A stretch of DNA of 64,000 nt from an uncultured virus (IMG/VR IMGVR_UViG_3300027805_000001) (Duplodnaviria; Heunggongvirae; Uroviricota; Caudoviricetes): IMG/VR virus record IMGVR_UViG_3300027805_000001; one strand, given 5' to 3'. Position numbers and translations under genes: made by a program. Under the pieces are notes generated by a model that ran no database searches, was not told where the DNA came from, and was given only the letters and a program-made list of their open reading frames with translations. Positions 46,836-57,313 of the stretch are shown here, piece by piece. Numbering within the stretch: position 1 is the first letter of the stretch; each line of letters begins with the position of its first letter.

Positions 46836-48326
46836 TCAAGACGGTCTATCAATTACCCATCGCGTATTGCCTAGATCCCAAACTCTGTACCATCCATTAT
46901 TCCAGCAATTTTCTCTTTCAGACAGATTCTCGTTAAACGTTGAAAGAACTTTCTTCAACTTGTGCTTCATGTGCTGCTGTCGGCTTCTTCTAACTCCATT
47001 ACTGTTAGTGTAGAAGTACCCTTGCCCCGTCTGACCATCATTTTTAAATCCAAGATTCTCATAGAAGTTTCCTGTGCCCCATCGATTATCTGAAAAGCTA
47101 ATAATCGATGAAGACGGATTTAACTTTCTCCAGTGACCAAAAAGACGAGACGCTGCACCAGCAACGGATGTTCCTGTCTTAGTAGCAAATCTCAGCAGCT
47201 CCCACTCATACTTTTTATTGAACCTGCTTTTTCCAAATGACATCACCGCGACAAGCACATCCTCATGCTTTAGTCCAAAGGCCATGTCACAGGCGGTTGA
47301 ACCTTGAGTGTGGTTAAGCTCAAAAAACTGCTTTTGTTCATGCGAGCTAAGCTCAACTATCGTGCATCTTCTGGCCATTAGGCGCCGATCCACAACGCCT
47401 AGTGCGTTTTTAATTCTGCTCTTGACAATTTCAGTTTTACTTTCCCATTCATAGTCAAAAACCATAATTGATCGCAGACCTGCATTCTTTAGCTGTTCAA
47501 ATTTTAGCCAGCTTTTTTCCTTTATATCAGGTCGGCCTTTTTCACTGTGCCAATACAATCCATCGTACTCAATAACCAGCTTGTGATCGGGAATGTAGAG
47601 GTCAAGTTCCATCTTCCCCTTGAACTCTTTCCTGTCATTAACTCTAACTTTAACTCCTAGGCTTCGTAGCCATTCTGCTAAATCATGCTGCCCTTTAGAA
47701 GCTCTAGGAGTCCAGCACGTTGGGCACAAAATTTCCTTGGACGTTTTCCAATTTATTTTTTTGACATTAAATGATGTATTGCACTTGTCATGAGTTACCA
47801 AATTCCAACTTCGTGTTCCTCTAAATTCTTCGGCGCTGAATTGCGGAGTATAGCCCAATGCTTGAAGCTCATTTATCCAGGTTTTCGCGGTATTCAAAAT
47901 AACTGCTTTAGATCTCTTTTCTTTTCCTTCCTTATTCATCCACGCCCAAGCAACACCGTATCTCTCCATGTTTGTTCGCGTCTGTCTTTCTATTTTTTCT
48001 TCTCGCGTCAAAAGTCTTGGCTTTTCCTTTTTGGGTTTCTGCGGTCTATAGTGTGTGGAACAAGAAATACTGCAATACTTTAAATACCCACCATTCCAAG
48101 ATCTAAAATTGACTGCATTTCCACAGTGTTTGCAACCAGTTCGCTGCATAATTTTATGATGCAGACAATATAGTCTTTCTGCCGGTGACGCATTCTCATT
48201 TAACCATGCAGTCATTGCTTTTAATTCTGAAATAACCGACGGCACTAGTTTTCGACTGGAAGGGTTTCCATTTTTGTCTAATAGGCTGCTAATATCCATT
48301 TCCAAAGGATACTCCAAAGTCAACAT
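46836..48326 (-). CDS. Hef-like endonuclease (Vsr-like PD-(D/E)xK + GNAT/Mom-like domain)
   Basis: Zn fingers, ELDLYIPD...IEYDGLYWHS, WELLRFA, IISFSDNRW, RVWDLG. Confidence 0.8.
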   Translation of the reverse strand: MLTLEYPLEMDISSLLDKNGNPSSRKLVPSVISELKAMTAWLNENASPAERLYCLHHKIMQRTGCKHCGNAVNFRSWNGGYLKYCSISCSTHYRPQKPKKEKPRLLTREEKIERQTRTNMERYGVAWAWMNKEGKEKRSKAVILNTAKTWINELQALGYTPQFSAEEFRGTRSWNLVTHDKCNTSFNVKKINWKTSKEILCPTCWTPRASKGQHDLAEWLRSLGVKVRVNDRKEFKGKMELDLYIPDHKLVIEYDGLYWHSEKGRPDIKEKSWLKFEQLKNAGLRSIMVFDYEWESKTEIVKSRIKNALGVVDRRLMARRCTIVELSSHEQKQFFELNHTQGSTACDMAFGLKHEDVLVAVMSFGKSRFNKKYEWELLRFATKTGTSVAGAASRLFGHWRKLNPSSSIISFSDNRWGTGNFYENLGFKNDGQTGQGYFYTNSNGVRRSRQQHMKHKLKKVLSTFNENLSERENCWNNGWYRVWDLGNTRWVIDRPS

Positions 48327-48400
48327 AGTGTATTTATCATCCCTCAAGACAAAAATTTGGACAACACGTAGGTTGTCCAAATTCATAAAAACACAAGTTT

Positions 48401-48997
48401 TTAGGCTGCTACATTGCCACCGAGCGCGGTTCCGTATGATAGGCCACTTTCGACATGGCGAGCATGATCGTAGCGAATGTTCATCGTGATAGTTGCCGCC
48501 TCAGATGCTGAATAGTCACGGTCTCCGAAATCTGCCGAGGTAATCATCGCGCCTTCCAGTACCCAAGTCTGAACAACGCCTTCATCACCATCCAGCTGGT
48601 CGATCTTAGCGCCAAACTTGTAGTCGGCTCCAGTTGGGGCTGTGTTCAACCAGCGGCCATCAAGGTCCACGCCGATAAGGCGCTGCTGGGTTTCAAGCTG
48701 AGCCTTGATAACCGTGGCGGCAAGACCTGTGATGTCATCTTCAACTGTGACGCTGATTGGTTCCCAGGTGTGCTTTCCGGCTACATACGCAACTGAGTTG
48801 TAGCGGTGCAGGGTTACTTCTTCAAATGACAGATTTGGCAGGGTGATGTTTGTGACTTGCCAAGAAAGGTTCTGTGACTTAGTTCCAGCAATAGCTTGAC
48901 CCATGTTAAGGAAGGTGATGCGGAACTTGTTTTTCAGCCTAGGATGAAGAATACCTTGACCTACACCTGGGATGCCGAAGTTAGATAGTGTTGCCAT
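48401..48997 (-). CDS. tail tube protein (gp19-like)
   Basis: LPNLSFEEV...YVAGKHTWEPISVTVEDD...MNIRYD; near sheath; TAAATA at 49037. Confidence 0.88.
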   Translation of the reverse strand: MATLSNFGIPGVGQGILHPRLKNKFRITFLNMGQAIAGTKSQNLSWQVTNITLPNLSFEEVTLHRYNSVAYVAGKHTWEPISVTVEDDITGLAATVIKAQLETQQRLIGVDLDGRWLNTAPTGADYKFGAKIDQLDGDEGVVQTWVLEGAMITSADFGDRDYSASEAATITMNIRYDHARHVESGLSYGTALGGNVAA

Positions 48998-49107
48998 TTT
49001 ATACCTCCTGTCAAACTGTTTGGAGCTGTAACCTAGTATTTAGTGCTTGTGGCGTTTTAGCGGCGGTTTTAGAATAAATAGGATAAGAAATAACTTATTC
49101 AAATGAA

Positions 49108-50682
49108 ATGAAAACTCTTGAGAATTGGATTGAGAAGAGGCATGTTAGATACATGCCCGACGACATACAGGCTGAACTCAAGAGTAGAGTGCCAGCATGT
49201 CAAGGAGATGCCGCCGAGGCAATGTTCTGGGTGCTTCACGGCTTGACTGAATATCCCTCATGTCAGGCTTGCGGGACCAAGTTAAGCAGCTTTCACTGGG
49301 AGCCCTTTCTAAAGCCTGAGCTTAGAAAGGACCAGTCAGTCAAGCAGGGGTACAGGCCTTTCTGTGGAAAGTCATGCGCCTATCGATTTGGCACCAAGCA
49401 GGAGAGCTACAGAAAAACTTCTCTTGAGAAGTGGGGTGTTGAGCACCCTATGAAGTCGCAGCTTGTGATTGAAAAAATCAAGATTACAAACCTGGTAAAA
49501 TACGGGGATGAGATGCCTAACAGGTGGGCAGGCGATAAGTTCACACGGGCGCTCGTTGAAAAATACGGCGTTGAAGCAGTTAGGCACATCCCAGGGGTCA
49601 GTCTCAAGATTGCAGAAACCAAGCTCAAGAAAACCGCTGAGCTTTTGCCGAAAAAAATCAAGGAGATGGAAGAACTATTTGAGGTTGAGTGCACCTCAAC
49701 CATCGACATTCTTCCAGCGTCAAACATCAACGACATCGAGCTAACGTGGAAGCACAAGTGCGGTAGGGAATACGCCTCCAACATATCGTTTCGCGGCATC
49801 CGAATGTGCCCAACTTGCTCAGCTGGCACTAGTCGTGGAGAGCAGAGCATCCTCAATTTCGTTGAGGAGCTTGGGCTGACTGCGGTAAGTCGCGACCGTA
49901 CCGTGATTGCGCCGAAGGAGCTTGACATCTGGATACCAGAGAAGCGACTAGCAATCGAGTTTGACGGCACCTACTGGCACTCGGCGAAGTTTGAGAGTCG
50001 CTCAAAGTCGATGGAGAAGCTGGAGCTGTGCGAGAAAGCAGGCATCAAGCTCATCACTCTGCAGGAGCATCTATGGGTCCACAAGCCTAACCACGTGCTG
50101 TCACGGCTGCGGTCTATCCTCGGTAAGAATGAAAGGATTGATGGTAGAAAAACCAAGGTCATCGTGCTTAAGCATGCAGACAGTAGCAGGTTTTTGTGGG
50201 AGCACCACCTGCAGGGACCGGCTCGAGCCTCAATCCACCTTGGACTCGAACACCAAGGTGAGCTCGTTGCGGTGGCCACCTTTGGTAGGCCGAGGTGGGC
50301 AAAGAAGTATAACTGGGAGCTCATTCGCATGAGCTTCAAGTCAGGTTTGACGGTGGTCGGTGGAGCAGCTAAGCTCATCAAGGCCTTCAGGTTGGAACAA
50401 GCTGGATCGATAATCTCTTATGCCGACCGGTGTTGGAGTACCGGCAACGTGTATCAACAGCTGGGCTTCAAGCTGTCGCACGTCACCCAACCCTCTTACT
50501 GGTGGTGTCACCACACGCTGGGAACGTACGCGCGATATCAAACCCAGAAAAAGAAGCTTGACGCTCTTTTGACTGGGCTTGGTAAGCAGTTTGATCAGAT
50601 GCTGTCAGAAGATGAAAATATGACGCGTGCCGGTTTTCTGCCTATCTACGATCGCGGAAACAGCGTTTGGGTGTTGGATTAG
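49108..50682 (+). CDS. Hef-like endonuclease (Vsr-like + GNAT/Mom-like domain)
   Basis: EKYGV repeats, ELDIWIPE...IEFDGTYWHS, WELIR, IISYADRCWS, IYDRG. Confidence 0.8.
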   Translation: MKTLENWIEKRHVRYMPDDIQAELKSRVPACQGDAAEAMFWVLHGLTEYPSCQACGTKLSSFHWEPFLKPELRKDQSVKQGYRPFCGKSCAYRFGTKQESYRKTSLEKWGVEHPMKSQLVIEKIKITNLVKYGDEMPNRWAGDKFTRALVEKYGVEAVRHIPGVSLKIAETKLKKTAELLPKKIKEMEELFEVECTSTIDILPASNINDIELTWKHKCGREYASNISFRGIRMCPTCSAGTSRGEQSILNFVEELGLTAVSRDRTVIAPKELDIWIPEKRLAIEFDGTYWHSAKFESRSKSMEKLELCEKAGIKLITLQEHLWVHKPNHVLSRLRSILGKNERIDGRKTKVIVLKHADSSRFLWEHHLQGPARASIHLGLEHQGELVAVATFGRPRWAKKYNWELIRMSFKSGLTVVGGAAKLIKAFRLEQAGSIISYADRCWSTGNVYQQLGFKLSHVTQPSYWWCHHTLGTYARYQTQKKKLDALLTGLGKQFDQMLSEDENMTRAGFLPIYDRGNSVWVLD

Positions 50683-51530
50683 ACCTTCTTTCCATTAACC
50701 CAAATATCAGCAACGGGTCTTCTGACTATGCTGTCGGATCTCTCAGCGAATATTCCCATCTTGACTTCATCGGTCATCTCGGGAGTTAGATGCCGAGATC
50801 TTAATCCGCCACGCAGGAAAAAGTGGACTGGGATAGGGTGATCGCCAAGAACTCTCTTTATCATCCGCATTCTTCCGCGGCCTTCATGCCCCCTAATTCT
50901 TGGAAGTTCATTTCCATCTTCATCAAATTCAATTTCAAGAAATGGGATTCCAATAGCATACCCTTTTTCCACGAGAGCTTCAATGTCTTTGGAAGTTGGC
51001 TCTTGATGTCCCTCATCATCAAGTGCAAGCAGTAAGAAAGTAGATGGTCGCATCGTCGCGACAAATCCTTCGTACCAAACATTTGCGTTGCTTGGCACCG
51101 ATCCTAAACCATCACGAGCGCTGAAGGTTATCTTACCTATCTTGTAAGTTGACTCTGCCAAAGAAGGTGACCATTCTGGGGCGTCAGATATCTGCTTGGC
51201 ATAGATTTTTTGATCTTCGTCAACCTTGTATTTGCACATTAGAGTTTTTCTACGGTCATACTCACCAATATAGAAACGGCCTAGATCTTCTTCATACACA
51301 TACATCGTAGCCGGTATGTAGGTGTTTTCATCAGTGCTCCACATCTTATAGTCTACAGCTACTGAAAAATTACTCGCCTGTGAAGCACCTTCTAAGAAAC
51401 CCTCATGATGGGCGCCATCATAGTGACAGTAAAGATAGGGGCGTGGGGTTTTAGATGCAAGCTTGTCTATGAGGTTGATGAACAACTTCATATCCATTAC
51501 TTCAGTTAGGAATTGCTTGAATGTTTGCAT
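50679..51530 (-). CDS. putative internal protein (MQTFKQFLTE leader) with ParB-like GHEGRGR motif
   Basis: Leader resembles T4 MKTYQEFIAE; PFL...IRGHEGRGR; TAAATA at 51554. Confidence 0.65.
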   Translation of the reverse strand: MQTFKQFLTEVMDMKLFINLIDKLASKTPRPYLYCHYDGAHHEGFLEGASQASNFSVAVDYKMWSTDENTYIPATMYVYEEDLGRFYIGEYDRRKTLMCKYKVDEDQKIYAKQISDAPEWSPSLAESTYKIGKITFSARDGLGSVPSNANVWYEGFVATMRPSTFLLLALDDEGHQEPTSKDIEALVEKGYAIGIPFLEIEFDEDGNELPRIRGHEGRGRMRMIKRVLGDHPIPVHFFLRGGLRSRHLTPEMTDEVKMGIFAERSDSIVRRPVADIWVNGKKV

Positions 51531-51578
51531 GGATTATTACTTTGCGCGCTTGCTATTTATCGCATAAGCGACAAGAAG

Positions 51579-53186
51579 CTATGCGCTTGATAGTAACCAT
51601 TTAGTAGTTCCACAGTCCCAAATTCTGTCATATCCTTCTTGCTGAAGAAGCTCATACTCAGAAAGTGATAGATCCATCTTTTTGCGAAATATTTTTTCAA
51701 GTCGGTGCTTCATAAAGTTTGACCTGTGAATCCTAATTCCCTGAAGTTCCCCGCTTTTCATATAAACGTAAAAGTAACCGGGCTTGGAGTTAGATATCTG
51801 TTTAAAGCCTATCTGTCTGTAGACATTGCCATCCGACCATCTATTGTCGCTGTAAGAAATGATGTCAAGTTTTTCATGGTTGAAATTTTTGTTGAAGAAG
51901 CTTAGAAATTTTGAAGCTATCCCAACAATGCTAACATTCAGCTTGGATGCAAAACGGCTAAGTTCAATTTGAGATCCATCTCCTCCTTTGACGAACGTTG
52001 TTTTCTTGAAAGTCATAACGCTTAGCAGCTCATCATTTAAAAAAGCACCTAGAGAAATTAATGGTCTGTCAGCACGTTGAATATGGTTTTCATTTAAGAA
52101 GGTGCTGCTAACTTTTGCTGGTATTTCACGTATTTCAAATTTTCTGGCATACAAAGCTTTTTCTGTCTTACACAGCTGGTGTTTTAACCTCGACAAAACT
52201 ATCTGTCGCTGCGTGACAATCTCATCCTCGTAAATTGTAAAAAGGCGAATACCATTTTCCTTGCACTTAAGGTACTTTTCATAAAGATGGTATTTTGTTC
52301 TGTTGTACTTTTCTGCAACTTTCTCAGTATGCCAATATGTGCCAGTCACCTCAATTGCAATTTTTAGCTCTGGTATCCAGATGTCTAACTCATAGGGAAA
52401 AATAGCTGTCCTATTTCCACTAAGTATTTGAAGATCTGGTCTAACAGAACGACACCATTCTAGTAATTCTACTTCCAGTTTAGATTTTTTAACTTCTCTT
52501 GGGTAGCAGCTTGGACAAATTTTTTCTATTCTGCTATTATGGTAAAGCTGAGAACTGGGAGAAAAATACTGACGTGTGAATGTAAAATTTGTCTGACAGT
52601 TATTGCAAACTAAATTTACATTTTGCGCTGTTAAAGATAAAGCTGTTATGTTGTCGGCAGCTAGGCGAGCGTCAAGCTCTTGCAGCCATTCATTTCGTTT
52701 TTTAGCAAAGGTTGTCAAGGTAGTTGATCTAATCTTTTCTTTGACATGTTGGGGGCATACGGTACCTTTCAACGGGCTAATCCAGCCTGAAGTAATCAGT
52801 TCTTGACGCTTTACTCTTTTGTTTTCTGACTGGATTGCTTTTTCCTCAGGTGTAATTCTTGACATCGCCAGTTTTGTTGCTGCCGATATATTTTCCTTCT
52901 GCTGCTGCGTGCGTTTTTGCCCCTGCAGTTTTAAGTTAGGTTTTCCCCTCTTTGAAGCAGAAAGTTTTTCATTTTTCCCAGTAGTTTTACCTTTGTTCCA
53001 CGGCTCTTTACCCTTTTTGCTTTCAGCCTGCTTTTTACGACTTTCTTCAGTTTGAATTCTAAGCTTAAAACCTGGGTACTTTTCCTTGTATTGAGCACCC
53101 GTCATCCCGTGAGTTTTAAGATGCGATGGGGAGATCATGGTTGGATGAGAATAGGAACACACCTGGCACACAAGTAAATTTGACAT
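51579..53186 (-). CDS. Hef-like endonuclease (Vsr-like + GNAT/Mom-like domain)
   Basis: CQVC...HLKTH finger, ELDIWIPE...IEVTGTYWH, IELSRFA, IISYSDNRWS, RIWDCG. Confidence 0.8.
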   Translation of the reverse strand: MSNLLVCQVCSYSHPTMISPSHLKTHGMTGAQYKEKYPGFKLRIQTEESRKKQAESKKGKEPWNKGKTTGKNEKLSASKRGKPNLKLQGQKRTQQQKENISAATKLAMSRITPEEKAIQSENKRVKRQELITSGWISPLKGTVCPQHVKEKIRSTTLTTFAKKRNEWLQELDARLAADNITALSLTAQNVNLVCNNCQTNFTFTRQYFSPSSQLYHNSRIEKICPSCYPREVKKSKLEVELLEWCRSVRPDLQILSGNRTAIFPYELDIWIPELKIAIEVTGTYWHTEKVAEKYNRTKYHLYEKYLKCKENGIRLFTIYEDEIVTQRQIVLSRLKHQLCKTEKALYARKFEIREIPAKVSSTFLNENHIQRADRPLISLGAFLNDELLSVMTFKKTTFVKGGDGSQIELSRFASKLNVSIVGIASKFLSFFNKNFNHEKLDIISYSDNRWSDGNVYRQIGFKQISNSKPGYFYVYMKSGELQGIRIHRSNFMKHRLEKIFRKKMDLSLSEYELLQQEGYDRIWDCGTTKWLLSSA

Positions 53187-53227
53187 AGCAATAAATCCTT
53201 CACACTGCTATGTATATTTATCTCAGT

Positions 53228-53259
53228 AAAAAAAGAAAGGGCTTTTAAGCCCTTTCTTT
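53228..53259 (-). terminator. intrinsic terminator after tail sheath
   Basis: AAAGAAAGGGCTT..AAGCCCTTTCTTT stem followed by U-run on minus strand. Confidence 0.75.
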
Positions 53260-53278
53260 ATTAAGGTTAGTGCTTGAC

Positions 53279-55126
53279 TTAAATGTCAGCCCCAGTGTTT
53301 ACAACGCGAATTGGGATGTAGATATATTCTGCAGCTTTTGTTGGCTTGATAGCAACATCCAAATAGATCTCGTTCCTGTCAATTCTGTCAGGAGTGTTGT
53401 TAGTTGCGTCGCAGTAAGATGCGAAGTCAGTCAAACCTCTCTTAGCCAAGATGTCACTCATGATACCATCAGCCGCCGCCTTCAGGTTGTCTCGAGTAAT
53501 CTGATCATTGGGCTCAAACACGAATGGCAGCGCGCCCTTACGAAGAGCTCGACGCAGGTACATTACCAGGCGCGCAACGTTGACGCGGTCTAAGGCTGAT
53601 GCAGCTGGAGCAGATGTCTTTTGACCCCAAACCAATAGGCCTCGTCCTGGGAAGAACATAATTGGGTTGATGTTCTTGTCGTATTCGTACAGATTATCGC
53701 GCTGTCCTTCGTTGAGGCTTACTTCAACGAAGGTAGTTGCAGTTCCAGGTGTTCCAGTAAAGTAACCTACCTTAGAAACACCAGTTATAGCACCACGTGA
53801 AACACCCGCTGGAGCTGTCCAGACGTATGCGACCGTGTCACTGTAGGCAATCGTTCTGAGAGCTGTACCAGATGGCGCGCCAAGAACGTTTCTGCCATCG
53901 ATGTTTGACATAACGCACCATGGATAGTAGTACGCAACATTGGTGCTCGTGAAACGTGATGAAGACAGAGCCCACTGGGCAACTTGTTCAGGGGTCATAG
54001 ACCCTGGGGTGTCAGCAAGTACCAGAGCCTCTTCCTTAACAGCCGTGTTTAGAGCTACCAGTTCATCAACGACTTCAGGGTAGCCAGGGCAGAGCAGAAG
54101 ATTAAACTCATAAAGAGGTGAACGGACTTCAGTGTTGCTGTTGATTGCTGCCTGTAGCGCGGTAGCGATAGCAGCTCTGCGAGCAGCATCATTTGCACCC
54201 AGTGGAGATGAAATAGTAACTGGATTTACGTCTACGATAAACGTATCACCAGCCGCAAATGGAACCGTTCCCTGAACAGCCGTGAAGTTAATTCGGTTGT
54301 TGTCAAACGGTGCGTTAACCACACCGGAACCAGTTGGACCAGAATTTGAACCAACTACGGTAAACGCTGTGGGTGACGTAAATGTGACAGTGAAGGTTTC
54401 ATCGATAGCTAGGGTGTCTGCAACAAGTCCATTTAGTCTGCCATTCCCGGCGTTTCCAGTTCCTGGCGTAGCAACATATACTAGCTGGAAATTGAACTTA
54501 TCACCAATTGCAAAAGGTGTTGACCCATTGCTGACGGTAAATGTCACAACAGTGGAGTTGAATGAAACACCAACAGCACCCTCGCCAATATACCCAGAAA
54601 CAGTTCCAGTTACTGAGAATGATGATGGAGTTTTGAATGTCACCGTGATAATCTGTGGTTCAGCTTGTGGGCTCGCGCCTTGAATTCCAGACATTGTGCC
54701 ATTACCGATACCATTGAAAACAACAGAACCTGGCTGCAGCCCTGGAGTGCCAAGGCTCATGAAGGTGCGTGGTTCATCATTTAGATCGATATTAGCTCTA
54801 ACGACATATGCACGGTTTCCAACATCTAGGAACTGATGCAAAGCCAGAAGACCATATTCGTTTCTAGCGTCTCCATGATACTCATTACCTGAGATATCGC
54901 GACGAAAATCTGGAACGCCGTAAAGCTCAAGAGCCTGTGTTCTAGAGGTAACTGTTCTGACGACGTTAGCCTCTAATGTGCCTGCTGCTTGAGTGATACC
55001 ATTAGGTTGAGTTTTTCCAGATCTTGTGGCGATAAAGAAAAGAGGAACTGTTGTTGCTGAGGCAGGAATAAAGAAGCTCTCGTTCACAACTGAGACGCTT
55101 ACTCCTGGTGAGCTTAAACTTGGCAT
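53279..55126 (-). CDS. tail sheath protein (gp18-like)
   Basis: SPGVSVSV, YYPW, APAGVSRG, INPI, WGQKT, DRVNVARL, VFEPND, KPTKAAEYI. Confidence 0.95.
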   Translation of the reverse strand: MPSLSSPGVSVSVVNESFFIPASATTVPLFFIATRSGKTQPNGITQAAGTLEANVVRTVTSRTQALELYGVPDFRRDISGNEYHGDARNEYGLLALHQFLDVGNRAYVVRANIDLNDEPRTFMSLGTPGLQPGSVVFNGIGNGTMSGIQGASPQAEPQIITVTFKTPSSFSVTGTVSGYIGEGAVGVSFNSTVVTFTVSNGSTPFAIGDKFNFQLVYVATPGTGNAGNGRLNGLVADTLAIDETFTVTFTSPTAFTVVGSNSGPTGSGVVNAPFDNNRINFTAVQGTVPFAAGDTFIVDVNPVTISSPLGANDAARRAAIATALQAAINSNTEVRSPLYEFNLLLCPGYPEVVDELVALNTAVKEEALVLADTPGSMTPEQVAQWALSSSRFTSTNVAYYYPWCVMSNIDGRNVLGAPSGTALRTIAYSDTVAYVWTAPAGVSRGAITGVSKVGYFTGTPGTATTFVEVSLNEGQRDNLYEYDKNINPIMFFPGRGLLVWGQKTSAPAASALDRVNVARLVMYLRRALRKGALPFVFEPNDQITRDNLKAAADGIMSDILAKRGLTDFASYCDATNNTPDRIDRNEIYLDVAIKPTKAAEYIYIPIRVVNTGADI

Positions 55127-55217
55127 TTTTTTCTCCTTTATGGGTAAGAAGTGTGTTACCCTTGATTGTGTGCTGAAGTATTTATGAAAGCGTCCGTTTT
55201 CCCTTAGTCGGGTGACA

Positions 55218-56028
55218 TCACTTCACGTTAAGAGCCATTTCTTTAAATCTGTCAAAAGTTCCTGCAGGACCAACTATCCAAAATGCATCATACATAGAAT
55301 ACGCTATTTTCTCAAGCTCTGTTAAAGGCCCAAAAACTATCACCCCATCGATCTTGTGCTTTAAAGAATCTGTGGCGTTCAACGTCTTAATGTTGTTAGC
55401 CGTTTTGTACTTTTTCTGATATCTTTTTAAAAAATCGTCAGCTGAACCTTGCATTATAAAAACCACAACTTCTCCACCCTGTGACTTAACTAGATCTACA
55501 ACCTTTAGCCAGGTCTTTTTTCCACCGCCAGTTTGATAAGTCGAGCTAAAAAGAACTTGACCAGCTTTAGCAAGTGAGGCATACAACTGAGGCGCGAGGC
55601 CTCGGCCTCGATAATTTTCATGACTTGCCAGAAGATCAGTTTTGAGCCCGTACAGAAACTCACCTTTATCCGCTGAAACTGGAAGCTTGTGTTTGCCTTT
55701 CACTACCCTCAAACTTACAGCAATTCTGTTTTTGTTTTTAAGATAGCTTCCAAGTGACACACCAGGAGGCAGAGGTAAATCTGTTAAGTCTCTTGTGTCC
55801 ACAAGTAGAATGTTAGTTTCACCAAATATACTTATTGCCCCATACTACTTTAAATCCCTGTAGTGGAAAGATCACATCTAGATCTTTCCACTTACGTCCA
55901 AGATCACCACGCCCCGCCTGCATTATCAGGCTCTGAGCGTAAAGCACCGAATCTTGGCTTTCATCAGGGCCATATGCTGTATCGTCAACAGTAATGTCCT
56001 CTAGAAACTTTTTAAACGTCAAAGACAT
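55218..56028 (-). pseudogene. GNAT-like protein with MSLTFKKFLE leader, split by a frameshift near 55820-55845
   Basis: 69-aa ORF stops at 55819; the +1 frame is open from about 55845 and carries YRGRGLAPQLY...QTGGGKKTW (GNAT motif A). Confidence 0.6.
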
Positions 56029-56040
56029 GAACAGATTTCC

Positions 56041-56418
56041 TTAATCAATTCGCTGTATCACAATAAGAAGCTTTAGCCCACTAAAGTTTTTTAAGACATT
56101 CACGATGTTCTCTTTACTTATTGAAAAAGCTGAAAGGTTCTTTGGTTTAATTCTTATTTCCATCGGCTCCCAGCCTCTGCCTAGGTATTTTTTGGTCAAA
56201 GGGACTATTAGCTTATCTATCATCTTTACCGTAAACAGGAAATGCTCAGCGTCAATATCATCTGGGATGTCCAAATGGAAACTGACATGATCAATAAAGT
56301 CAGTTCCTGGCGTGTACTCAGTGTGCCACTTAAATGCACGCTGCAGCTCAGCAAGAATTTGATCTCCCTGACTTCTAATTAACTTCCAATCTGATTCAAG
56401 CAGTCGAATGAGCTTCAT
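56041..56418 (-). CDS. putative internal protein (MKLIRLLE leader)
   Basis: Leader motif; ATGA coupling to gp15. Confidence 0.6.
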   Translation of the reverse strand: MKLIRLLESDWKLIRSQGDQILAELQRAFKWHTEYTPGTDFIDHVSFHLDIPDDIDAEHFLFTVKMIDKLIVPLTKKYLGRGWEPMEIRIKPKNLSAFSISKENIVNVLKNFSGLKLLIVIQRID

Positions 56419-57305
56419 GGTAATGACGTTGGTTCAGGAGGAGTGGGGCCCTTAGGTGGCTTTATCTGTTCTATGGTAGTCTCAGTGACGGTGGTTTCAG
56501 ACTGGTCAATTACACCATCGCCATTTCTATCAGAACCAACTGAAACGGTTGGCGGCTGCGTAGTGGTGTCGTAACGTATCTCTGCCAGCTTTTCATCAAA
56601 GCGTGTTATATTTCCAGCGGCGTCTACCTCATTAATCTGCATGCTTCCCATATCACCTATCTGGATAATGATCTTCCTGACTAGATCGTCCTTGACGCCC
56701 ATCGGGATGCTCAGATAAATTGGCATCTCAAACGTGAGCGTCCACTGCACGATTCTACGTTCAGTTCCAATTGGATAGTTTTCCTCATTGGTGATGTCAG
56801 TTAGCTCAACTTTTGTAAGCTTTGTCCAGTCAAATGGGCCGTCTGACTTCTGTATCTGCACGTCAGGATTAAAAAGTACCAGGATCTGCTCAAGTATCTG
56901 GTGCATCTGGTCTGTGTTGGACGCGTAGATTGTCAGTTCTACTGTGACGTTGTAAGGAACGGGTGCAGCGCGCTTTATCACAGTGAGATCGGTAGGAAAA
57001 ACTCCTCCCACTGGCATGGTGACTCGCTGATCGATCATTCCTGGGGTTCTTCTTCTTTCTGGGGCCAGCGCTATGTTCTGAAGATGCACGGCCATAGTGG
57101 GAAGACTGAACGTTCTGTTCTGAGTGTTGCCGGCCATGATGGCGGCAACAACTCTGTCCTTGTGACCTATGACAATGGGAACAGTGATGAACTGCTGCTC
57201 ATCGCATTCACCCTTGCCAGTTTTGACGCGCAAGCCATAAAAGATGCTACAGAGCTGTAGCAAATAGCTTTTAAGTTGGCCTTCGTAGTGATAGTAGTTT
57301 ATCAT
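56415..57305 (-). CDS. tail terminator / sheath stabiliser (gp15-like)
   Basis: YYHY...VPI...LPTM...PVPYNV...QILEQILVLFNP...R.VQWTLTF. Confidence 0.88.
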   Translation of the reverse strand: MINYYHYEGQLKSYLLQLCSIFYGLRVKTGKGECDEQQFITVPIVIGHKDRVVAAIMAGNTQNRTFSLPTMAVHLQNIALAPERRRTPGMIDQRVTMPVGGVFPTDLTVIKRAAPVPYNVTVELTIYASNTDQMHQILEQILVLFNPDVQIQKSDGPFDWTKLTKVELTDITNEENYPIGTERRIVQWTLTFEMPIYLSIPMGVKDDLVRKIIIQIGDMGSMQINEVDAAGNITRFDEKLAEIRYDTTTQPPTVSVGSDRNGDGVIDQSETTVTETTIEQIKPPKGPTPPEPTSLP

Positions 57306-57313
57306 GGTATTAT

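Noticed and set aside
55816..55821. TGA readthrough or recoded genetic code
   Set aside because: TGA is followed two codons later by TAA and the continuation is in another frame; all three stop codons end genes normally elsewhere
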